DNA of 64,000 nucleotides from a virus (Duplodnaviria; Heunggongvirae; Uroviricota; Caudoviricetes): IMG/VR virus record IMGVR_UViG_2595698888_000001, positions 1 to 64,000 of that record; one strand, 5' to 3'. Shown piece by piece: positions 57,107 to 64,000 of this stretch (position 1 is its first letter; each line of letters starts with the position of its first letter). The notes under the pieces were generated by a model. It saw only the letters and a program-made list of their open reading frames with translations, ran no database searches and was not told where the DNA came from. The position numbers and the translations under genes were made by a program.

Positions 57107-57373
57107 ATGAAATTTTTAGTTATTTTAATTTTTCTTACTTTTGCAGTGGCATTCACAAGCGTTGTACTATATTCATTATTTGGTCGTGGTAATTCAGCAC
57201 CACGGAAAAATATTCGCAATTATAAAGTACGTTTTGATGCAGCAAAAGAAAAGTACTATATTGTAAATCAGCTTGATACGCACGATGAACCAGTAACAAA
57301 CAGTTTAGGTTTTCGTGTTATGTATAAAGACAAACCTAAAGCAGAGTTTGTTGCTGAAAAATACAATGCATAA
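57107..57373 (+). CDS. small membrane protein (88 aa)
   Basis: N-terminal TM helix. Confidence 0.5.
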   Translation: MKFLVILIFLTFAVAFTSVVLYSLFGRGNSAPRKNIRNYKVRFDAAKEKYYIVNQLDTHDEPVTNSLGFRVMYKDKPKAEFVAEKYNA

Positions 57374-57410
57374 AAAAAGGAGCCAGTTGGCTCCTTTTTG
57401 TTTTTATACT
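57372..57410. terminator. bidirectional rho-independent terminator between convergent genes
   Basis: aaaaaaaggagccagttggctcctttttgttttt. Confidence 0.65.
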
Positions 57411-57415
57411 TTTAA

Positions 57416-58327
57416 TTAAGCAGTTACAGTTACAACAACGGTATCGGTTTTAGAACCGTCAGCAGTTGTTACAGTAATGGTTGCAGTACCAGCTTTAACA
57501 CCAGTAATTACTGCGATATGAGTTGCACCAGCTTTAGGTGCTACAGTAGCAACAGTTGGGTCAGATGAAGTAAATGTACGATTCAAGTTACTTGCATTAC
57601 TTGGAGTAATCGCAGTACTATCTTCAACAGTTGCACCTACTGCTACAGTTGCAGTCTTGTTAGCAAACGCAACACTTTGTACAGCAGTAGATACTGTGTA
57701 TGCACATGTTGCAGTTTTAGATCCATCAACAGTTGTTACAGTAATAGTAGCAGTACCATTAGCTACACCAGTAACTAAACCAGTAGAACTAACGGACGCA
57801 ATTGATGGTGCACTTGATGACCATGTAACATTCTTATTAGTTGCACCAGCAGGAAGTACTGTAGCAGTTAGTTGTTCAGTACCGTTAACAAATAGTGCAG
57901 AAGTGATTTTGTTAAGTGATACACTCGCTACACTAATAGTACCTTGGCCTGAATAACTATCCAAAAACACAACAGAGCCATCTTGTAAAACAACTTTGTT
58001 TAGTAGTAAACGAACAGCGAAACCAACAACAGCACCACTTGAATTTGAAATACTAATGCAGAAAGTACCGTTTGGTAGAGCATCAGCCAATGCAGAAGCA
58101 GAGGAAGCAGGGTTAAGATTCGCACCATTTTTATCTACACCAGTAATTTTTACGAAAGGATATAGAGTCGCCCCATCAGCACTGATCAAATCAAATACAT
58201 TGATTGAACGTTGTTTACTGATACGGACGTTTGTTAATTTAGTACCATTCGATAAAACAGCAGCATCAACATTGATGCCATCAAGACCGAATGGTGATTT
58301 ATTACGACCGGCAATTGGTTTTCCCAT
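57416..58327 (-). CDS. Ig-like (Big_2) domain protein, probable virion surface/structural protein
   Basis: three repeats of ...GTATITVTT.DGSKT...TV; only sizeable minus-strand gene in 3' half. Confidence 0.6.
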   Translation of the reverse strand: MGKPIAGRNKSPFGLDGINVDAAVLSNGTKLTNVRISKQRSINVFDLISADGATLYPFVKITGVDKNGANLNPASSASALADALPNGTFCISISNSSGAVVGFAVRLLLNKVVLQDGSVVFLDSYSGQGTISVASVSLNKITSALFVNGTEQLTATVLPAGATNKNVTWSSSAPSIASVSSTGLVTGVANGTATITVTTVDGSKTATCAYTVSTAVQSVAFANKTATVAVGATVEDSTAITPSNASNLNRTFTSSDPTVATVAPKAGATHIAVITGVKAGTATITVTTADGSKTDTVVVTVTA

Positions 58328-58402
58328 AATTATAATCTCCTAGAGAATCATTTATATATTAATATTTATCCAGTACAAGCCCGAAAATGTATTAATTATC
58401 AC

Positions 58403-58431
58403 TTGACACGAAAACAATAAGCTGCTATACT
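58403..58431 (+). promoter_or_regulatory. promoter TTGACA-17-TATACT upstream of natV
   Basis: atcacTTGACAcgaaaacaataagctgcTATACT. Confidence 0.5.
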
Positions 58432-58568
58432 TTTCAAAGATTTATGAATTTTATATAGTTCAAAATATTTACCTGAAAATTATTGAAACGTAAGAAATTT
58501 TTCTGGTATAATGAACACATCAAGGTGAAGTAGCCTTGCAATCACAATGACTAAGGGAGTCTTAGATT

Positions 58569-59666
58569 ATGAAAAATGAAAAAGTTTATGTATATATTGG
58601 TCGTTTTCAAATGGCACATGCTGGACACGAAGCGACAATCAAACATGCACTTGAAAATGCAGACCGTTTGGTAATTCTTGTTGGCAGTTCTGAACTTGCA
58701 CGTGATCCTAAAAATCCGTTCACCTTTGAAGAACGTCACCAGGTACTGGATGCTATGAGTAGTCGTTTAGCACAGGAAGAATGGGCTAAAGGGCGTTCGG
58801 TAAAGATTAACATCTTACCAATCCACGATTACGTTTATAACAACAGCAAATGGTTGAAAGAAGTACACGAAAAAGTCAAATCTGTAACCAGTTCTTCAAA
58901 TATCTTTATCACTGGTTGTCAGAAAGAAGCTGATGAAAGTACTTTCTATCTGAACTTCTTCCCACAATGGCAACAGGATTTTATTTCTGAGCAAAAAGTA
59001 ATGTCTTTAGATACTCGTGGTGTTCCAACTCCAATGAGTACTATCAACAGTACTGAAATGCGTAATCAATTCTTCAGTACTAAACAAATTCCTGAAGAAC
59101 TGCCAGAAGAAACCAAAGAGTTTCTACAGAAGTTTATGCACACTAAACCAATTGTGTTTGATACGTTGATTGGTGAATTTAATTTCGTACAACGTTATCG
59201 TGCACAAATGAAAGAACAACTACCATATGACAACATTCCGTTCTTAACTGGCGATTCAATGGTCGTATGTGCTGGTCATGTTCTTGTAGTTAAACGCCGC
59301 ACTTTCCCAGGTAAAGGTTTATACGCACTTCCTGGTGGTTTCTTTGATGCGTGGAAAGATAAAGACCAAATTCAAACTGCACTACGCGAATTGAAAGAAG
59401 AAACGAAAATCGATGTTCCACTAAAAGTACTTGAAGGTTCAATCCGTGAAAGTATGGAATTCGGTGATTTCAATCGTTCCTTACGCTGGCGTATTATCAC
59501 CAAATGTGCTTACATCCAACTTCAGGACAATACTTTACCAAAAGTAAAAGGTGCTGATGATGCAGAAAAAGCATTCTGGATGCCACTTGGTGAAATTGTT
59601 CAGAACCGTGATAAGTTCTTTGAAGACCATCTAAGTATCATCGATACTTTCTTGGGTATTCTTTAA
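58569..59666 (+). CDS. natV: bifunctional NMN adenylyltransferase / Nudix hydrolase (NatV-like)
   Basis: N-terminal YIGRFQMAHAGH nucleotidyltransferase motif; C-terminal Nudix box GGFFDAWKDKDQIQTALRELKEETKID. Confidence 0.75.
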   Translation: MKNEKVYVYIGRFQMAHAGHEATIKHALENADRLVILVGSSELARDPKNPFTFEERHQVLDAMSSRLAQEEWAKGRSVKINILPIHDYVYNNSKWLKEVHEKVKSVTSSSNIFITGCQKEADESTFYLNFFPQWQQDFISEQKVMSLDTRGVPTPMSTINSTEMRNQFFSTKQIPEELPEETKEFLQKFMHTKPIVFDTLIGEFNFVQRYRAQMKEQLPYDNIPFLTGDSMVVCAGHVLVVKRRTFPGKGLYALPGGFFDAWKDKDQIQTALRELKEETKIDVPLKVLEGSIRESMEFGDFNRSLRWRIITKCAYIQLQDNTLPKVKGADDAEKAFWMPLGEIVQNRDKFFEDHLSIIDTFLGIL

Positions 59667-59712
59667 TAGTTTTGGAGTACTTCGGTACTCCAATTTTTAA
59701 GTAAGAGGGATT

Positions 59713-60228
59713 ATGTTGTACTGTCAACCGGAAAGTTTTTACAATGAAATGAAATATATTTCTGATAATAAAGAAGACTTTCCAAAGAAACTAAAAGCTG
59801 CGAATTACAATATACCAAATGAACTTTCAAATATCGACCCTATATCATTTTTGATTAAAATGGTATTAACTGAACCTGAACCTGATGAGAATTCTATATA
59901 TGCACTAAGAACGTATGGCACTTACAATTCAACTCAGGTTAACAGTACTGATAGGATAATGCAGGTATATTACGCAACAGTGAGTGATGGTTGTCTTTTT
60001 GTATCTAATCCAAGCGTTGCAAGTATTACATTTGAAGATTCTAAAATGTATTTTACATCATCTGATGAATACGGTGATGAGTACTGGTTTACATTGGAAG
60101 ATATAGCAGAAAATAAACATAATAATCCTTATGCAGAAAGTTCGTACATACGGTACGGAAAAGATATTTTTAATCCTAATAATTTAATGGCTAAAATACC
60201 ACTTAATTTATTACAGAATTTGGTATAA
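59713..60228 (+). CDS. hypothetical protein (171 aa)
   Basis: ORF between natV and nadV. Confidence 0.55.
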   Translation: MLYCQPESFYNEMKYISDNKEDFPKKLKAANYNIPNELSNIDPISFLIKMVLTEPEPDENSIYALRTYGTYNSTQVNSTDRIMQVYYATVSDGCLFVSNPSVASITFEDSKMYFTSSDEYGDEYWFTLEDIAENKHNNPYAESSYIRYGKDIFNPNNLMAKIPLNLLQNLV

Positions 60229-60287
60229 CCAAAATAACCGAAAGCGTTGTAGCTTTCATAAAACTTAATACTAAGGGAGTCTTAGAT

Positions 60288-61775
60288 ATGAACACAATTA
60301 TTAATGACAATGTAAACTTTATTCTCAACGTTGATTCTTACAAAACTGGTCACGGCTTTATGATGAAAGAGGGTGTTGTAGCTCTTGAATCAAATATCAT
60401 TGCTCGTAAACCATCTAAGTACACGACTCATGTTGTAATGGCTGGTCTTCAGTACTACATTCAGAAGTACTTGAATATTACCATTACCGTTGATGATATT
60501 GATGAAGCAGAACTTGAAACAGAACAACGTGGCGATGATTTTGATCGCGGCTTTTGGGAACATATTGTTGAAGTACATGGTGGTAAAATTCCAGTACATA
60601 TTCGTGCAGTTCCAGAAGGTACTGTTGTTCCGGTTGGCTGTCCGTTGGTGCGTTCTTTCAGTACTGATCCTCGTGTTTGCGTAATCGCAAGTTATATCGA
60701 GACTCAGTTACAACGTGCAGTATGGTTCCCAACTACTGTAGCAAGTAATGCACGTAGCATTAAAGAATTTTTAGCAGATACAATGGAGCGTCATGCAGGT
60801 CATCGCTTTGTTGATTACCAGCTTCATAACTTCGGAGATCGTGGTGCGTCAAGTTTTGAATCAGCAATTCTTGCTGGTATGTCTCACGCAATGATTTTCA
60901 GTGGTTCTGACTGTTTATCTGCGAACCGTTATATTAAACGTTACTTCCACACTGATAAAGCATATTTGAGCAGTGTGACTGCAAGTGAACATAGTGCAAC
61001 ATGTTCAAACTCAGATGCGGATCGCCGCGATGATTTCAACATGGCTGTAAAAATGGTTCGTTTGTGGGAGAAGAAAGTCAATAAATTCATTGCTAATGGT
61101 TCAGTCGGTGTTCCACCAATTGTTTCCGTTGTAATTGATACTTATGATGCGTACCGTTTTGTCCGTGAATTTATGGGTACTCGTCTTAAAGCGACCATTG
61201 AAGAAATCGGCAAACGTTGCCCAGGTGCTAAATTAGTTATGCGTCCTGACAGTGGCGACCCAACTACTATGCCTATCGAAATTATCGAAATTTTGATGGA
61301 GAAATTTGGTTTCACTGTAAATGACCAAGGATATAAAGTACTTCCATCTTATATCGGTGTTATTCAGGGTGATGGTATTAACGAAGATAGCATTCGTCAA
61401 ATCGTAGCTAATCTTGATGCTAAACGTCTTTCTGTTGAAAACTTAGCATTTGGTATGGGTGGTAAACTTGTACATCCAGAAAAAGGCCGCGATACTTATA
61501 GCTTTGCTATGAAAGGTTCTGCACAGCAATTAGCTGACGGTACTTGGGAAGACCTTTTCAAAGACCCAATTACTGATGTTGGTAAACGTTCTCTCCGTGG
61601 GCGGGTAACCACTTATGAGTGCACTAATACTCATAAAATTATTGCAGAACGTATTGAACTACAAGAAGTCAATCCATTCCTACGTGATATGATGGTTGAC
61701 GTATACGTTAACGGTGAGATCATGAATCTCAGTAACTTCGATGAAGTGCGTGAGCGTGCAAACAAAGGTTTGTAA
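60288..61775 (+). CDS. nadV: nicotinamide phosphoribosyltransferase (Nampt/NadV)
   Basis: NFILNVDSYKTGHGFMM N-terminus and length/architecture of Nampt; identical RBS block ctaagggagtcttagatATG as natV. Confidence 0.8.
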   Translation: MNTIINDNVNFILNVDSYKTGHGFMMKEGVVALESNIIARKPSKYTTHVVMAGLQYYIQKYLNITITVDDIDEAELETEQRGDDFDRGFWEHIVEVHGGKIPVHIRAVPEGTVVPVGCPLVRSFSTDPRVCVIASYIETQLQRAVWFPTTVASNARSIKEFLADTMERHAGHRFVDYQLHNFGDRGASSFESAILAGMSHAMIFSGSDCLSANRYIKRYFHTDKAYLSSVTASEHSATCSNSDADRRDDFNMAVKMVRLWEKKVNKFIANGSVGVPPIVSVVIDTYDAYRFVREFMGTRLKATIEEIGKRCPGAKLVMRPDSGDPTTMPIEIIEILMEKFGFTVNDQGYKVLPSYIGVIQGDGINEDSIRQIVANLDAKRLSVENLAFGMGGKLVHPEKGRDTYSFAMKGSAQQLADGTWEDLFKDPITDVGKRSLRGRVTTYECTNTHKIIAERIELQEVNPFLRDMMVDVYVNGEIMNLSNFDEVRERANKGL

Positions 61776-61780
61776 TTTTT

Positions 61781-61808
61781 AGGGGGCTTTATGCCCCCTT
61801 CTTTTTAA
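61781..61808 (+). terminator. rho-independent terminator
   Basis: agggggctttatgccccct + tctttttaa. Confidence 0.6.
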
Positions 61809-61817
61809 GGTAGATAA

Positions 61818-62030
61818 ATGCTGGAAGTAATGAAGTGTATTGCATTAAGTATAGCTGTAATTGGTTTTGGCTTATCAGTACTTGCACCATTATTTCTACA
61901 TTTTAAAACTGAAGTACAGAATTCTTCAAACATAATAAAAGTACTTGTGTTGTGTATTTCAGTAATAGTTCTTGTACTATATTTTACAATTTTATTTTAT
62001 TTTATTTGGATATATAATGGGTTCATTTAA
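61818..62030 (+). CDS. small membrane protein (70 aa)
   Basis: two TM helices. Confidence 0.5.
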   Translation: MLEVMKCIALSIAVIGFGLSVLAPLFLHFKTEVQNSSNIIKVLVLCISVIVLVLYFTILFYFIWIYNGFI

Positions 62031-62955
62031 CACAACATGTTCGGTTTCTCGCCTACCTATTGGTATGGGTGATGAAGTAAAGATTTTCTTTCTAATTAAA
62101 AATCCATACAATGATACGCACAAATGCTATATTAATGATAACTGGAATTTATTTGGTCTTCCGCTAGATGCAATCTATGATGATTATGGCAAATATGAAT
62201 TAGTAGAAAATGAAAAAAATATACGTATTTGGGAAACATACGCACGAGAGTTTAAAAAACGTATCGTAGAGCGTGAACAGGGTCCAAACCAATTTCATGA
62301 TTGTCCGGTATCTCGCAGCGACATTACTTTTAGTACTATTCAAGACGCCATTTGGGAAAGTCGTGCTAATCTAGAGCATAAATTTTTGGATGATAATTCT
62401 GTTGATCTGAAAATCGAAATCATGGCTATTCATAAAAAAGTATATGATTCTATTAGTACTGAATTTGATTGTTGGCGTGGTAAAATTGTCCTTGAAGATA
62501 AAATCAAAGAAATACAAAGCGAACACCGCTTCCCATATTATTTGAACTGCACTGAATTTTTGGAATCATTCGATGAAGATGATGAAAAATTATATGATGG
62601 TGATGAATTAACAGAAGAAGGCAATAAACTACTAAGCCTAAAAATCGAATTAGAGTGGACGATTGATGGACTGATAAAAACACCTAGAATATATGAAGAT
62701 GTTAACATTTATATCAATCACAGCATGGGAATCTACAATCTTGTCGAATACACAGTGCCAGAATATGCAGATTTTGCTCCAGAATTTATTCAGAAATATT
62801 TGTTCGAATGTAACATGACCATGTTGAATATTGAGTATTGTCCAGCAATTACATCAGGCCAATCTTACAATTTTATGAAGCAGGTTGCATTTCATGAAAG
62901 TATTGTTGAACTGGCAAAAGAACTACATCAAACACACGACAATTGGGATGATTAA
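62017..62955 (+). CDS. hypothetical protein (312 aa)
   Basis: long ORF. Confidence 0.55.
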   Translation: MGSFNTTCSVSRLPIGMGDEVKIFFLIKNPYNDTHKCYINDNWNLFGLPLDAIYDDYGKYELVENEKNIRIWETYAREFKKRIVEREQGPNQFHDCPVSRSDITFSTIQDAIWESRANLEHKFLDDNSVDLKIEIMAIHKKVYDSISTEFDCWRGKIVLEDKIKEIQSEHRFPYYLNCTEFLESFDEDDEKLYDGDELTEEGNKLLSLKIELEWTIDGLIKTPRIYEDVNIYINHSMGIYNLVEYTVPEYADFAPEFIQKYLFECNMTMLNIEYCPAITSGQSYNFMKQVAFHESIVELAKELHQTHDNWDD

Positions 62956-62957
62956 AT

Positions 62958-63158
62958 ATGTTAAAATTGATACTAATTATATCCGTTATTGCATACATCA
63001 TTGTGGGATTTTTAACTTATACTGAATATAAAAAGAAGTTTAATTCAGAAGAAAAAATCTCAACCAAAAAAGTTATCTATATAGTCATTCATGGTTTTTT
63101 ATATGTATTGATTGGATTACTAATTGCAGTACTAGGATATTTGATTTTAACTATGTGA
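62958..63158 (+). CDS. small membrane protein (66 aa)
   Basis: two TM helices. Confidence 0.5.
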   Translation: MLKLILIISVIAYIIVGFLTYTEYKKKFNSEEKISTKKVIYIVIHGFLYVLIGLLIAVLGYLILTM

Positions 63159-63165
63159 GGAAATT

Positions 63166-63612
63166 ATGGCTGGCAAAGGATTCGTCGGCCTTTCCCTTGA
63201 TAAAGAACAGGGAAAGGAAATACAAAAAATATTTAAACTAGCAGGGATCGACTGCTTGACTCCATCAAAATTTCATGTTACAGTGATGTACGATGAAAGT
63301 GAACCTGAAATAGAACTACTTTCTAATGATAAGACTTATAAAGCGAAAATCACTGGAGTAGAGCGTTTAGGTAAACCAGGTGGTGAGTGGGAAGCAATTG
63401 CTCTTTTACTTGATTCACCAGAAATTGAGAAGCGGCATAAAGAGTTGCAAAATGCAGGGTTCAAGCACAAGCATCCTAGTTTTAAATGCCATATGAGTAT
63501 CGTATATAAACCAAAAGATACTGATGAAGATTTAATTGAGTTGATTTATAAATTGGGCGTTCTACCAGAAGAATTAATCTTTGGTGATGAACATTTAGGC
63601 ACAACTGTTTAA
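63166..63612 (+). CDS. 2H phosphoesterase family protein (LigT/cyclic phosphodiesterase-like; possible Acb1-like anti-CBASS nuclease)
   Basis: two H-x-T/S-x motifs: FHVTVMY and CHMSIVY, about 150 aa. Confidence 0.55.
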   Translation: MAGKGFVGLSLDKEQGKEIQKIFKLAGIDCLTPSKFHVTVMYDESEPEIELLSNDKTYKAKITGVERLGKPGGEWEAIALLLDSPEIEKRHKELQNAGFKHKHPSFKCHMSIVYKPKDTDEDLIELIYKLGVLPEELIFGDEHLGTTV

Positions 63613-63624
63613 TTGGTATAAAAA

Positions 63625-63861
63625 ATGAAAAACGACAAAGACTTAACCAAAAATGAAAAACGGCTTTATAGTGGTTCTTGGGTTGATGAGCAAGAAAACG
63701 CTAAAAAAAATGTGGTATGTACTCGTTGTTTTTCAACATACTTTCTCCAATCAGCACCGAGGACTGTACCCGGTACTGATGGATATTATACAAAGGAGCC
63801 TCAATGTCCGAATTGTGGTTGCCGACTATATTTTACGCATTTAACAGGGAAACATGAATGA
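63625..63861 (+). CDS. zinc-ribbon protein (78 aa)
   Basis: CTRC ... CPNCGC. Confidence 0.5.
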   Translation: MKNDKDLTKNEKRLYSGSWVDEQENAKKNVVCTRCFSTYFLQSAPRTVPGTDGYYTKEPQCPNCGCRLYFTHLTGKHE

Positions 63862-64000
63862 ACCTAAATGGTTTTTTATCTAATAATGGGATTCCACGAC
63901 TAATTTTTTGTACTGGTGCTGGACTTTCAAAAGAATCTGGTATTCAGACTTTCCGTGATGCGGCTGGTGAAGGTCTATGGGATGATGTAAGTATTGATGA
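63858..64000 (+). CDS. Sir2-family NAD-dependent deacetylase/ADP-ribosyltransferase, N-terminal part (continues beyond window)
   Basis: LIFCTGAGLSKESGIQTFRDAAG.GLW matches Sir2 GAGIS-ESGIPTFR motif. Confidence 0.6.
   Translation, partial: MNLNGFLSNNGIPRLIFCTGAGLSKESGIQTFRDAAGEGLWDDVSID

Noticed and set aside
57657-58343. Plus-strand ORFs (99 and 115 aa) inside the Big_2 gene
   Set aside because: Antisense shadow ORFs of the Thr/Ala/Val-rich minus-strand gene. No RBS or promoter.
1-64000. tRNA or tmRNA genes
   Set aside because: Scanned for GTTCGAATC/GGTTCGA T-loop-like strings and cloverleaf-sized GC-rich segments. None found. ggttcgccgg at 4307 does not sit in a tRNA-like context.
1-64000. 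CRISPR array
   Set aside because: No regularly spaced identical 25 to 40 bp repeats. The repeated elements found are irregularly dispersed promoter/terminator cassettes.
1-64000. Prophage/integrative element interpretation
   Set aside because: No integrase, repressor/Cro pair or att-like direct repeats. Gene content is that of a virulent phage.

Overview
The window reads as a gene-dense slice of a large virulent, AT-rich (about 36 to 38% GC) enterobacterial phage of T4/Felix-O1/rV5-like flavour. No integrase, tRNA, rRNA or CRISPR array was seen. 

Layout:
- 1 to 2.4 kb, minus strand: three tandem tail-fibre-like paralogs sharing the N-terminus MLPF.RI..YG..LDIDFSTQ.VGDT. The first copy runs off the window edge. 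A Met-less ORF continues out of frame after the third, consistent with a possible frameshift.
- 2.4 to 4.6 kb: an ORF-poor regulatory stretch with AGTACT-rich palindromes, a 4x16-bp iteron-like array, a long inverted-repeat element, and promoters feeding ORF-free GC-rich transcripts.
- 4.6 to 24.7 kb, plus strand: a hyperplastic early region of about 50 small ORFs. Nearly every one sits behind a stereotyped sigma70 promoter (AAAGTACTTGCAA / TTGACA, 16 to 18 bp spacer, (GAGTACTT)TATAAT or TATACT). Many promoters are fused to the upstream rho-independent terminator hairpin, which carries the -35 in its loop (PeSL-like cassettes). A 26-bp element GCCCAYAGGGTGCGGAGATCTATCTA recurs, sometimes as long inverted-repeat pairs. 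A 90-bp promoter/5'UTR/RBS cassette is present in triplicate.
- Recognisable products there: a GC-anomalous (about 50% GC, E. coli-like codons) coiled-coil protein, an SPFH/prohibitin-like protein, and a DUF932 (YfjQ-like) protein.
- 24.9 to 30.0 kb: eight divergent tandem paralogs of 170 to 207 aa with a shared C-terminal-third motif (acidic-x-aromatic-FQ-x-LT-x-Y). This is the most unusual feature.
- 30 to 64 kb, plus strand: auxiliary metabolism and counter-defence genes.
  - Phage-type Dam methyltransferase, an NadM-like NMN adenylyltransferase, and a SpoT-HD small alarmone hydrolase.
  - RNA ligase 1, polynucleotide kinase/phosphatase, ATP-dependent DNA ligase and dCMP deaminase.
  - Two metallophosphoesterases (one lambda-PPase-like), a ClpP-like protease and a beta-helix repeat protein.
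  - An Ig-like (Big_2) protein on the minus strand.
  - NAD+ salvage genes NatV (NMNAT-Nudix) and NadV (Nampt), a 2H-phosphoesterase (Acb1/LigT-like), a zinc ribbon, and the start of a Sir2-family gene.

AGTACT is strongly over-represented throughout.
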